Of a stretch of DNA of 64,000 nt, positions 17,344-27,167 are shown piece by piece. The position numbers and the translations under genes were made by a program. The stretch's first letter is position 1; each line of letters starts with the position of its first letter. Source of the stretch: an uncultured Clostridia bacterium (GTDB lineage: Bacteria; Bacillota; Clostridia; TANB77; CAG-508); assembly GCA_947594935.1 (NCBI GenBank), contig CANQEM010000002.1, positions 3,100 through 67,099 on the forward strand, read 5' to 3'. The notes beneath the pieces were generated by a model, which worked only from the letters and a program-made list of their open reading frames with translations, searched no databases and was not told the origin of the DNA.

Positions 17344-18375
17344 TTATACTACTAAGTCATTTTTTGTGTTGAAAGCTTCAATCATTTTGTCTACTGCACG
17401 GTTTTCTACAAACTTCTCTGCTTGAATAATTGTATATTCAAATAGCAGTTCATCACTACTTCCATGTGCTTTGACAACTGGTTTTTTTACTCCTAAGAAA
17501 AGAGCTCCACCGTAAGATTTATAATCCATTGCTGTTGAAAGTGATTTTATTGGTTTATGTGCAATCAAATATGAAATTTTTGTTAATATATTCGTTGTAA
17601 AACTTTCTACAAGAGTTTTCTTTACAAATTTTCCTAGTCCTTCTGTTGTTTTTAAAAATACATTTCCTGTAAATCCATCTGTAACAATTGCATCAACTTT
17701 TCCTGAGAAAGCATCTCTACCTTCTACATTTCCAATAAAATTGATGTCTAATTCTTCTGATTTTTCTTTTAATAATTGATAACTTTCACGAACTAGTTCA
17801 TTTCCTTTTGTTTCTTCTGTTCCTATATTTAACAAACCTATTGCAGGACGTTCTACTCCAAATGTATTTTTAATATATATAGATGACATTTGTGCAAATT
17901 GCAATAGATTGATTGGCTTGCAATTTGTGTTTGAACCTGCATCAATTAAAACTAGTCTGCTGTGATATGCAGGTAATATTCCTGCTAGTGCTGGTCTATC
18001 AATTCCTTTAATTCTTCCTACTATCAAAGTTGCTCCTGTTAATAGTGCGCCTGAGTTACCAGCTGAGATAAAAACATCTCCTTCATCTTGTTTTAACATG
18101 TTAAAGCCTACAACCATTGATGAGTCTTTTTTATGTTTTATTGCAACTGTTGGTGTATCTTCCATTTCTATTGTTTCTGTTGCATTTTTTATTTTTAATC
18201 TATCAGAAATTTCTTCCATTTCTTTACCAAAAAATTCTTTTATTTTAGTTCTTATTACTTCTTCTTTTCCAACTAAAACAATTTCTGCTTTTACTTTATT
18301 TACTGCATTTACTGCTCCTTTTATATTGGCATCTGGTGCGTTATCTCCGCCCATGGCGTCTAATATAATTTTCAT
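17344..18375 (-). CDS. plsX: Phosphate acyltransferase PlsX
   Basis: MKIILDAMGGDNAP N-terminus and overall PlsX-like sequence. Confidence 0.9.
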   Translation of the reverse strand: MKIILDAMGGDNAPDANIKGAVNAVNKVKAEIVLVGKEEVIRTKIKEFFGKEMEEISDRLKIKNATETIEMEDTPTVAIKHKKDSSMVVGFNMLKQDEGDVFISAGNSGALLTGATLIVGRIKGIDRPALAGILPAYHSRLVLIDAGSNTNCKPINLLQFAQMSSIYIKNTFGVERPAIGLLNIGTEETKGNELVRESYQLLKEKSEELDINFIGNVEGRDAFSGKVDAIVTDGFTGNVFLKTTEGLGKFVKKTLVESFTTNILTKISYLIAHKPIKSLSTAMDYKSYGGALFLGVKKPVVKAHGSSDELLFEYTIIQAEKFVENRAVDKMIEAFNTKNDLVV

Positions 18376-18461
18376 GTAAATTCCTCCGTTTATATATAAT
18401 TATTAGTAGCAAATCTATTTTATTATTCTTTTACGAAAAAAGCAAGTATTTTGCAATAAAA

Positions 18462-18492
18462 AAAGAAAAAACCTATTGCTAGGTTTTTTCTT
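18462..18492 (-). terminator. Rho-independent terminator after tuf
   Basis: AAAAAACCTA-TTGC-TAGGTTTTTT hairpin plus T-run. Confidence 0.7.
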
Positions 18493-18501
18493 TATATATA
18501 A

Positions 18502-19704
18502 TTATGCTAAGATTTCTGATACTACACCAGAACCAACTGTTCTACCACCTTCACGGATAGCGAATCTTAGTCCTTTTTCGATAGCAATTGGTGTGATAAG
18601 TTCAATTGTCATTGAAACATTATCTCCTGGCATAACCATTTCTGTTCCTTGTGCTAATTCAATAACACCTGTAACGTCTGTTGTTCTGAAATAGAATTGT
18701 GGTCTGTATCCATTGAAGAATGGTGTATGACGTCCACCTTCTTCTTTTGTTAATACATATACTTCTGCTGTGAATTTTGTGTGTGGATTGATTGTTCCTG
18801 GTTTGCATAGTACTTGACCTCTTTCGATGTCTTTTCTATCAATACCTCTTAGTAGAACACCGATGTTGTCACCAGCTTCTGCTTGGTCTAATAATTTTCT
18901 GAACATTTCTACACCTGTAACAACTGTTTTATTTCTTTCAGTTGTAAGACCGATGATTTCAACTTCGTCTTGTAATTTAACTTGACCTCTTTCTACTCTA
19001 CCTGTTGCAACTGTACCACGACCTGTGATTGTGAATACGTCTTCAACTGGCATTAAGAATGGTTGATCAATTGGTCTTTCTGGTGTTGGGATGTAGCTAT
19101 CTACTGCATCCATAAGTTCTTTCATAGGTTTGTAAACTTCGTCATCTGGGTTTGTAGATGATGTTTCTAGAACTTGTAAAGAAGATCCTTTTATAATTGG
19201 AATATCATCTCCTGGGAAACCATATTCTGTTAATAAGTCTCTAACTTCCATTTCTACTAATTCTAGTAATTCTGGGTCATCAACCATATCACATTTATTT
19301 AAGTAAACAACGATGTATTTAACACCTACTTGTCTAGCTAATAAGATGTGTTCTCTTGTTTGTGGCATAGGGCCATCTGCTGCTGAAACAACTAAGATTG
19401 CACCATCCATTTGTGCAGCACCTGTAATCATGTTTTTAACATAGTCAGCGTGTCCTGGGCAGTCAACGTGTGCATAGTGTCTTTTTTCTGTTTCATATTC
19501 AACGTGTGCTGTGTTGATTGTGATTCCCCTTGCTTTTTCTTCTGGTGCTCCATCGATTTCATCGTAAGCTTCAAATTTAGCTTTTCCTAATAATGATAAA
19601 TATTTTGTAATAGCTGCTGTTGTTGTTGTTTTACCATGGTCAACGTGGCCGATTGTACCAATGTTAACGTGTGGCTTTGTTCTTTCAAACTTTGCTTTTG
19701 CCAT
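18502..19704 (-). CDS. tuf: Elongation factor Tu
   Basis: [27 protein letters not shown]. Start at the ATG at 19702-19704 after AGGAGGAAT. The 21 N-terminal codons of the track ORF are spurious. Confidence 0.97.
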   Translation of the reverse strand: MAKAKFERTKPHVNIGTIGHVDHGKTTTTAAITKYLSLLGKAKFEAYDEIDGAPEEKARGITINTAHVEYETEKRHYAHVDCPGHADYVKNMITGAAQMDGAILVVSAADGPMPQTREHILLARQVGVKYIVVYLNKCDMVDDPELLELVEMEVRDLLTEYGFPGDDIPIIKGSSLQVLETSSTNPDDEVYKPMKELMDAVDSYIPTPERPIDQPFLMPVEDVFTITGRGTVATGRVERGQVKLQDEVEIIGLTTERNKTVVTGVEMFRKLLDQAEAGDNIGVLLRGIDRKDIERGQVLCKPGTINPHTKFTAEVYVLTKEEGGRHTPFFNGYRPQFYFRTTDVTGVIELAQGTEMVMPGDNVSMTIELITPIAIEKGLRFAIREGGRTVGSGVVSEILA

Positions 19705-19765
19705 TTTAAAATTCCTCCTTAAAATTTTATAATTTAAAATTAAATAACAATATTTTGTCACTTGC

Positions 19766-19794
19766 ATTTTACACTATTTTTACGAAAATTGCAA
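19766..19794 (-). promoter_or_regulatory. Internal promoter in front of tuf
   Basis: Minus strand: TTGCAA (19789-19794), 17-nt spacer, TAAAAT (19766-19771), in the fusA-tuf spacer. Confidence 0.55.
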
Positions 19795-19809
19795 GTCTTT
19801 TAACAAATT

Positions 19810-21894
19810 TTATGCTTCTTTTTTAGCACGTGAAGCAACAATTTGCTCTAAAACTGATTTTGGAACTTCTTCATAGTGTGATGGTTCCATTGAGTATGTT
19901 CCTCTTCCTTGTGTTCTTGAACGTAAGTCTGTTGCATATCCAAACATCTCAGAAAGTGGTATGAAAGAGTGAATTTCTTGCATTCCGTCTACTCCTTCCA
20001 TTCCTTCCATTCTTCCACGTCTAGCGTTAATGTCTCCTATAACATCACCCATGTATTCTTCTGGAACAGTAATTTCTACTTTCATGATTGGTTCTAGAAT
20101 TACTGATTTTGCTTGTTTACATCCTTCTTTGAATGCCATAGATGCTGCTATTTTGAATGCCATTTCTGATGAGTCAACTTCGTGATATGAACCGTCTACT
20201 AATGATACTTTAAAGTCAATTACTGGGTATCCAGCAAGTACACCGCTTTCAGCAGCTTCCCTCATACCTTGTTCAATTGGCTTAATGTATTCTTTTGGAA
20301 CAGCTCCACCAACAATTTTGCTTTCAAATTCAATACCTTTACCTGGCTCTAATGGTTCCATTTCAAACCAAACATCACCGTATTGTCCTTTACCACCAGA
20401 TTGACGGATAAATTTACCTTGAACTTTTACTTTGTTTCTAATTGTTTCTTTGTATGCAACTTGTGGTTTACCAACATTGCATTCTACTTTGAATTCTCTC
20501 TTTAAACGGTCTACAATAATGTCTAAGTGCAATTCACCCATACCTGCAATAATTGTTTGACCTGTTTCTTGGTTTGTATATGTTTTGAAAGTTGGATCTT
20601 CTTCTGCTAATTTTGCTAATGCTATTGCCATCTTTTCTTGTGCTACTTTATCTTTTGGCTCGATAGCAACATCAATAACTGGTTCAGGGAATTCCATTGA
20701 TTCTAGTATGATTGGGTGGTCTGGGTCGCAAAGTGTGTTACCTGTTGTAACATCTTTTAAACCTACTGCTGCTGCAATATCACCTGCATATACTTTGTCA
20801 ATATCTTCTCTGTGATTTGAGTGCATTTGTAGAATTCTTCCAATTCTCTCTTTTTTGTCTTTACTAGAATTTAATACTGTTGAACCTGATTCTAGTGTTC
20901 CTGAATATACTCTGAAAAAGCATAATTTTCCAACAAATGGGTCTGTTGCAATTTTAAATGCTAATGCTGCAAATGGTTCTGAGTCAGAAGTTTTAGCTTC
21001 TGTTTCTTGACCGTCTAATGTTTCACCTTTGATATGTGGTATATCTAATGGTGATGGCATATAGTCTACAACTGCATTTAATAATTCTTGTACACCTTTG
21101 TTTTTATATGAAGAACCACATGTTACTGGTACTATTTTGTTTGCGATTGTACCTGCTCTTAAACCTTTTTTGATTTCTTCTTCTGTTAGTTCTTCACCTT
21201 CTAAGTATTTCATCATCAATTCTTCATCTTGGTCAGCTGCTGCTTCAACCATTTGATTTCTGAAAGTTTCAGCATCTGCTTTCATGTTTTCTGGTATTTC
21301 TGTTTCTTCAATCTCTTTTCCTAAATCGTCTTTATGAATAAATGCTTTCATTTTGATTAAATCAACTATACCTTGGAATTGATCTTCTGCTCCAATTGGT
21401 AATTGGATAGGAACTGCATTTGCTTTTAATCTGTTTCTTAATTGGTCAACACAAAGCATAAAGTTTGCTCCTGTTATATCCATTTTATTAACATATACCA
21501 TTCTTGGAACTTGGTATTTGTCAGCTTGTCTCCAAACTGTTTCTGTTTGTGGTTGTACACCACCTTTTGCAGCTAAAACGGTAACTGCACCGTCAAGAAC
21601 CCTTAGAGATCTTTGTACTTCTACTGTAAAGTCTACGTGCCCTGGTGTGTCTATTATGTTTATTCTATTGTTGTTCCAGAAACATGTTGTTGCAGCAGAT
21701 GTGATTGTGATACCTCTTTCTTGTTCTTGTTCCATCCAGTCCATTGTTGCAGCACCTTCATGAACTTCTCCTATTTTATGTGTTTTACCGGTATAAAATA
21801 AGATTCTTTCTGTTGTTGTTGTTTTACCTGCATCAATGTGAGCCATTATTCCTATATTTCTTGTTCTCTCTAATGGGTATGCTCTTCCTGCCAT
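19810..21894 (-). CDS. fusA: Elongation factor G
   Basis: [24 protein letters not shown]. Start at the ATG at 21892-21894 after GGGGAGGAAAAAC. Confidence 0.97.
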   Translation of the reverse strand: MAGRAYPLERTRNIGIMAHIDAGKTTTTERILFYTGKTHKIGEVHEGAATMDWMEQEQERGITITSAATTCFWNNNRINIIDTPGHVDFTVEVQRSLRVLDGAVTVLAAKGGVQPQTETVWRQADKYQVPRMVYVNKMDITGANFMLCVDQLRNRLKANAVPIQLPIGAEDQFQGIVDLIKMKAFIHKDDLGKEIEETEIPENMKADAETFRNQMVEAAADQDEELMMKYLEGEELTEEEIKKGLRAGTIANKIVPVTCGSSYKNKGVQELLNAVVDYMPSPLDIPHIKGETLDGQETEAKTSDSEPFAALAFKIATDPFVGKLCFFRVYSGTLESGSTVLNSSKDKKERIGRILQMHSNHREDIDKVYAGDIAAAVGLKDVTTGNTLCDPDHPIILESMEFPEPVIDVAIEPKDKVAQEKMAIALAKLAEEDPTFKTYTNQETGQTIIAGMGELHLDIIVDRLKREFKVECNVGKPQVAYKETIRNKVKVQGKFIRQSGGKGQYGDVWFEMEPLEPGKGIEFESKIVGGAVPKEYIKPIEQGMREAAESGVLAGYPVIDFKVSLVDGSYHEVDSSEMAFKIAASMAFKEGCKQAKSVILEPIMKVEITVPEEYMGDVIGDINARRGRMEGMEGVDGMQEIHSFIPLSEMFGYATDLRSRTQGRGTYSMEPSHYEEVPKSVLEQIVASRAKKEA

Positions 21895-21921
21895 TTCTGT
21901 TTTTCCTCCCCTCAAAATTTT

Positions 21922-22398
<477 letters not shown>

Positions 22399-22535
22399 TC
22401 ACTCCTTTTTTATAGGTATATAAATACCCAAGTTACTCTGGAAAGCTATGCTTCCCCGTATAGTGCTTTATAATCTATTCCAAATTTAAGTACCTTAAAG
22501 TTAGGAAAGTTACAAGCACTAATTGCTAACACAGT

Positions 22536-22949
22536 CTATTTTTTTGGTTTTTTTGCTCCATATTTTGAACGTGCTTGCATTCTGTCTTTTACTCCTGCTG
22601 TATCAAGTGTTCCTCTAATGATGTGGTACCTAACACCTGGAAGGTCTTTAACCCTACCACCCCTAATTAAAACAACACTGTGTTCTTGTAAGTTATGTCC
22701 TATACCTGGGATATAAGATGTAACTTCAAAACCGTTTGAAAGTCTAACTCTGGCTACTTTTCTTAAAGCTGAGTTTGGCTTTTTAGGTGTAACTGTTTTT
22801 ACAACTGTACATACACCTCTTTTTTGTGGTGCTCTGTTGTTTGTTACTCTTTTGTTTTTTGAGTTGTATCCATGTTGTAAAGCTGGTGCAGTTGATTTTG
22901 TTACTCCTGTTTTTCTTCCTTTTCTAACTAATTGGTTAATTGTTGGCAC
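22536..22949 (-). CDS. rpsL: 30S ribosomal protein S12
   Basis: [31 protein letters not shown] start after GGAGGTGAAAT. Confidence 0.97.
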   Translation of the reverse strand: MPTINQLVRKGRKTGVTKSTAPALQHGYNSKNKRVTNNRAPQKRGVCTVVKTVTPKKPNSALRKVARVRLSNGFEVTSYIPGIGHNLQEHSVVLIRGGRVKDLPGVRYHIIRGTLDTAGVKDRMQARSKYGAKKPKK

Positions 22950-23026
22950 TTAAATTTCACCTCCTATTTATTTTTTCTTTTTGCTACGGAACTACACTCT
23001 TCAAGTGTTTTTTCATAACGTTTTAT

Positions 23027-23055
23027 ATTTTATCACTTTTACCCTAGAAAGTCAA
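23027..23055 (-). promoter_or_regulatory. str-operon promoter
   Basis: Minus strand: TTGACT (23050-23055), 17-nt spacer, TAAAAT (23027-23032). Confidence 0.6.
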
Positions 23056-23056
23056 T

Positions 23057-23084
23057 AAAAACTTGGAAATTTTTCCAAGTTTTT
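23057..23084 (-). terminator. Rho-independent terminator after the 889-aa repeat protein gene
   Basis: ACTTGGAAA-tt-TTTCCAAGT flanked by A4 and T4. Confidence 0.7.
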
Positions 23085-23096
23085 ATGTTTACTTTT

Positions 23097-25739
23097 TTAT
23101 TTTGATTTTTCGTCTCCATTTTGTTCACTACTCATGTCAATATCTTCGCCATCTAATTGGTCATGTTCAGCAGCTTCTCTTCCTATTATTTCTGTTTTGT
23201 GTATTTCTTCTCTTGAAGCTCTTACTCTTTTAAAGAATTCTGATGCTTCTCCTGCTTTTTGTTTTCCAATTGTTTTTACACTTTCTAGTTTTGATTTTAG
23301 TCCTTGCAAACGGCTTTCTTCAATGGCGTATTTTTGGCTTCTAAATACTTTTGAGAAGAATTGTTTTATTTTTTCTATTCTTCCAACTGCTCCTAGAACT
23401 TCTATACCTTCAATTTGCCTAGATGCTTTAACTATGCTTCTCATTCTGTTTTTCTGGCTCATATTCAAAGAATCTGCAACTAACTCATCTTTATTTATTG
23501 TTCTAGAAATTATACCACCAATATACTCTGGTTTTGTTTGATTGTCATATACTATTTCTAGGAATCGTGTATCTATTTCTCCTGTTTCCATTTGGTCAAA
23601 ATATTCTCCTAACATTTCTTCTGAGTATCTTACTATGCTTGATATGTCCATATCGCAGTATTCTCCTCTTTTTAAAATTGCTTCTTGCATTGCGTGCATT
23701 AGAGGATAGTCCATTGCTTCTGGCAATTCTTCCATTACATTGTATTTGTTTTTAACAATTTCTTTTAGTTCTTTAATATTTGCTTTACTTAAATTTGATA
23801 ATTCGCTTATTCCAACTGCCGTATTGTCTGAGAATCTAAAATGATATAGTCCTGCATTTGCAAAACAAGTTATTCCTGTTAAAGTAATTTCTTCTGGTGC
23901 TTCTTGATGGTGTGCGGAATAATCTGGTGGTGGAGTGTTTGGTTCTTCATATTCAGGTGCTGTTCTAGTTGGTTTTGGCTCATATTGTACTGGTGCTTGT
24001 TTTGGTTCTGGTGTTATTGTTGGTCTTATTCTTTGTATTGCCGGTTTCTTTTGGATTGGCTGTTGTTCCGGCTCTTGCTTTTGTTCCGGTGTTATTGTTG
24101 TTCTTATTCTTTGTATTGCTGGTTTCTTTTGGATTGGCTGTTGTTCCGGCTCTTGCTTTTGTTCCGGTGTTATTGTTGGTCTTATTCTTTGTATTGCTGG
24201 TTTCTTTTGAATTGGTTGTTGTGCTGACTCTTGCTTTTGTTCCGGTTGTTGTTTTTGTTCTGGTGCTGTTTTGGGGTCTTTAATGATAATTTGTGGCTGA
24301 CGTTTACGTGCGTCTTTTGGTTGTGTTTTAACAGGTTTCTTAGGTTGTTCATCTGGTTGTAATATAGGTTGCTGATATTCTTCTTCTGGTTCATCCATTA
24401 CCATTATTCCTAATTTTTTTACTGTTTCCATTGTTTCGGCATCTCTACCAAATTCTTTCTGTATATGCACAATATCTTTTATAATGTCAATTGCGTCCCA
24501 TTTTTTGTAGTTACCAAATTCTTCTTTTATTGCTAGTTCTTTTTTATCTTTTGGAAGTTTTGGGCTATCTATAATTGATGCTAAAAGGTTGTGCTGATTA
24601 TCTATTCTTTGATAAATCTTGCTTTCTAGTTCAGAACCAACTATTCCTTTTATTGCAAACATTTCTGCGACTTCTTCTTTTAGAGATGTTGTTTGCATTT
24701 CTAGTGCTTCTATCGTAACTAGTTCTGCTGGCTTCTTTGGTTTTAGTGTTTTAGATTTTTCTTTTGGTTTTTCTTCTGGCTTAGGTTCTTCCTTTGGCTC
24801 TTCTGGTTTTTCTTCTGCCTTAGGTTCTTCTTTTGACCCTTCTGGCTTTTCTTCCGCCTTAGGCTCTTCTTTTGGCTCATCTGGTTTTTCTTCTTCCTTA
24901 GGTTCTTCCTTAGGTTCTTCCTTAGGTTCTTCCTTTGGTTCTTCTGGTTCTTTTCTCAAATATATCTCGTTTAATGAATATTTACTAATTAACTTATTTG
25001 CTTCTTTTTTTATTTTGTTTTTATTTTTTGTAGCTTCTTTCAATGCTTCTTGTGCGTCAATTTTTTCTTCCCATATTGCTGCTCTAACTTTTGCAAATTG
25101 TTTTAACTCCTTCATCCTTGAATCTTGTGCTTTCAACATTTGGTCTCTAATTGATAAAAGAAATGGGTCTTCATCTTTGCCCAAAGATTTTAAAGATAGT
25201 TGTAATTTATTTGTACTTTTCTGATATTTGTTTAATGCCCTATTGCATTGGCTGAATTTTTCACGTGCTTCTTTCGCCTTTTGCTTAGCTTCTTCTTCTT
25301 TTTGCTCTGCTTCTGCAATGTTTGCTTGAATTCCTCTTAATAAATCTTTTTTTATTTCTAACTTTTCTTGTTCAAGTTTACCTTTTTTTACTTGGTTTTC
25401 TTTATCTTTTTTTTCAACATCGTCTGGTAATTTTTCTTTTGCCTTTTCATGCCTTGTTTTTGCTGATTTAATTCTTGAATTCAAACTTTTAATTTTTTTA
25501 TCAAGTTCTCTGTTGTTGCCTTCAATTTCCTCTAATTCCTCTGGTGTGCTTTTTTCTGTTGCAATTTCTCTATTGCTTTCATACTTAATTATTTCATCTT
25601 CTATTTTTTTTACTTGTTCTCTATATTTTTGATTTAATTTTGCTAACTTCTCATTATACATTTCTTCTGGTGTTAATATTTTATCAATCTCTTTTTGTTT
25701 TTTGAGTAAATTTTTTTCTATTTTACTTAAATCTACCAT
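23097..25739 (-). CDS. Large coiled-coil / low-complexity tandem-repeat protein with a globular C-terminal domain (unknown function)
   Basis: Lys/Glu-rich coiled coil, then an (EEPK)n tract, then three 26-aa repeats, then an unrecognised domain of about 290 aa. Start at the ATG at 25737-25739 after AAGAGGGG. The track ORF (889 aa) starts at 25766 without an RBS. Confidence 0.6.
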   Translation of the reverse strand: MVDLSKIEKNLLKKQKEIDKILTPEEMYNEKLAKLNQKYREQVKKIEDEIIKYESNREIATEKSTPEELEEIEGNNRELDKKIKSLNSRIKSAKTRHEKAKEKLPDDVEKKDKENQVKKGKLEQEKLEIKKDLLRGIQANIAEAEQKEEEAKQKAKEAREKFSQCNRALNKYQKSTNKLQLSLKSLGKDEDPFLLSIRDQMLKAQDSRMKELKQFAKVRAAIWEEKIDAQEALKEATKNKNKIKKEANKLISKYSLNEIYLRKEPEEPKEEPKEEPKEEPKEEEKPDEPKEEPKAEEKPEGSKEEPKAEEKPEEPKEEPKPEEKPKEKSKTLKPKKPAELVTIEALEMQTTSLKEEVAEMFAIKGIVGSELESKIYQRIDNQHNLLASIIDSPKLPKDKKELAIKEEFGNYKKWDAIDIIKDIVHIQKEFGRDAETMETVKKLGIMVMDEPEEEYQQPILQPDEQPKKPVKTQPKDARKRQPQIIIKDPKTAPEQKQQPEQKQESAQQPIQKKPAIQRIRPTITPEQKQEPEQQPIQKKPAIQRIRTTITPEQKQEPEQQPIQKKPAIQRIRPTITPEPKQAPVQYEPKPTRTAPEYEEPNTPPPDYSAHHQEAPEEITLTGITCFANAGLYHFRFSDNTAVGISELSNLSKANIKELKEIVKNKYNVMEELPEAMDYPLMHAMQEAILKRGEYCDMDISSIVRYSEEMLGEYFDQMETGEIDTRFLEIVYDNQTKPEYIGGIISRTINKDELVADSLNMSQKNRMRSIVKASRQIEGIEVLGAVGRIEKIKQFFSKVFRSQKYAIEESRLQGLKSKLESVKTIGKQKAGEASEFFKRVRASREEIHKTEIIGREAAEHDQLDGEDIDMSSEQNGDEKSK
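24010..24243 (-). repeat. Three tandem 78-bp in-frame repeats
   Basis: Units 24010-24087 and 24088-24165 differ at 2 of 78 nt. The third unit (24166-24243) diverges at its end. They encode QQPIQKKPAIQRIRPTITPEQKQEPE. Confidence 0.9.
24759..24953 (-). repeat. Short-period (12-nt) Pro-Lys-Glu-Glu coding repeat tract
   Basis: EPEEPKEEPKEEPKEEPKEEEKPDEPKEEPKAEEKPE.. with matching ggttcttcct-type DNA periodicity. Confidence 0.8.
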
Positions 25740-25781
25740 GGTTCCGATACCCCTCTTTTTTATCATCTATTTAATATTATA

Positions 25782-27167
25782 TCAAACTTTGACAAATTGC
25801 GCAATATTTTTCAAACTTCTTTTTGAAAATTCAGTGTATCTTAGCTTTTTATCTCTAATTTTATCTCCTTCAAGTTCAGGTAAAATACCAAAATTGGCGT
25901 TCATTGGTTGAAATTTTGCGTTTTCTGATGAAATATATTTTGCAAGTGCACCTATTATCGTGTTTTCAGAAAATCTGATTTTTTCATCTTTATTTTGAAA
26001 TTGATTTACAGCATTTAAAGCCACTACCATTCCAGATGAAATTGATTCTACATATCCTTCAACTCCTGTTATCTGCCCTGCAAAATATATATTATGATTA
26101 GTTTTTAGCTGATAAGTTTCATCTAATAATTCTGGTGAATTTAAGTATGTGTTTCTGTGCATAACTCCATATTTAATAAATTCCGCATTTTCAAGACCTG
26201 GTATCATTGAAAATACTCTTTTTTGCTCTCCAAATTTTAGGTTTGTTTGAAACCCTACTAAGTTGTATAAGCTACCTTGTTTATCATCTTGCCTTAATTG
26301 AACAAGAGCATAAGGTCTTTTAGCTGTTCTAGGGTCATCAAACCCAACTGGTTTTAGTGGTCCAAACCTTAAAGTGTCTATTCCTCTTTTTGCCATTATT
26401 TCAATTGGCATACAGCCCTCAAAAATTTCTCTTTTTTCAAATTCATGTAGTGTTACAACTTCCGCTTCTATTAACTCTTTATAGAATTTCTCATATTCTT
26501 CCTTTGAAAATGGCAAATTTATGTAACTATCTCCAACATCTCTTTTTTTCCATTGTTCAATAGTCTCATCTTTTTTCTTTTCTTGTTCATATCTATTGCC
26601 ATAAAAGGCAATGTCAAAATTTATACTCTCCTTTGTAACGATTGGAGCAGCTGCATCATAGAAATATAGTTTGTTTTGCCCTGTTATTTCTTGTATTTCT
26701 TTTGCAAGTGGTTCTGATGTGAGAGGACCTGTTGCAATGATTGTGATTGCTTCTTTTGTCAGCTCTTTTAATGAAATTTCTTCTCCAACTTCACATGAAA
26801 TTACTTCGATAAAAGGATTTGACTTAATTTCTTGCGTAACTCTTTCTGAAAAAATTTCTCTATCAACTGCTAATGCTTGACCGGCTGGTACTTTCGTTTC
26901 ATCTGCTAAGTTTATGAGCAAAGAGTCTAGTTGGCGTAGTTCTTCTTTTAACAAGCCACAAGCATTTGTTAATAAATTTGATTTAAAAGAATTACTGCAA
27001 ACTATTTCCGCTAAATTTGCATTATTATGTGCAGGTGAAAATTTTTTTGGTTTCATTTCATATAGTTTTACTTTTATATTGTGTTTTGCTATTTGATATG
27101 CTACTTCTGAGCCGGCTAAGCCTGCACCTATTACATTGATATAGTCTTTCATTGTGATTCCTTTCAT
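25782..27167 (-). CDS. trmFO: Methylenetetrahydrofolate--tRNA-(uracil-5-)-methyltransferase TrmFO
   Basis: INVIGAGLAGSEVAYQIAK..AEIVCSNSFKS. ATGA overlap with the upstream SNF2 gene. Alternative ATG at 27152 with an AAAGGAA RBS. Confidence 0.9.
   Translation of the reverse strand: MKGITMKDYINVIGAGLAGSEVAYQIAKHNIKVKLYEMKPKKFSPAHNNANLAEIVCSNSFKSNLLTNACGLLKEELRQLDSLLINLADETKVPAGQALAVDREIFSERVTQEIKSNPFIEVISCEVGEEISLKELTKEAITIIATGPLTSEPLAKEIQEITGQNKLYFYDAAAPIVTKESINFDIAFYGNRYEQEKKKDETIEQWKKRDVGDSYINLPFSKEEYEKFYKELIEAEVVTLHEFEKREIFEGCMPIEIMAKRGIDTLRFGPLKPVGFDDPRTAKRPYALVQLRQDDKQGSLYNLVGFQTNLKFGEQKRVFSMIPGLENAEFIKYGVMHRNTYLNSPELLDETYQLKTNHNIYFAGQITGVEGYVESISSGMVVALNAVNQFQNKDEKIRFSENTIIGALAKYISSENAKFQPMNANFGILPELEGDKIRDKKLRYTEFSKRSLKNIAQFVKV

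Noticed and set aside
18420-18460. TTGCAA-17-TAAAAG as the plsX promoter
   Set aside because: The -10 hexamer is poor (it ends in G) and there is no extended -10 element. Read-through from tuf or another start is equally possible, so it is not listed as a feature.
23904-24283. Three overlapping + strand ORFs open in all three frames, plus a tandem repeat that might be mistaken for a CRISPR array or a novel small-protein cluster
   Set aside because: The openness comes from the 78-bp in-frame repeats of the minus-strand gene. The repeats are contiguous with no spacers and code for QQPIQKKPAIQRIR units, so this is not CRISPR.
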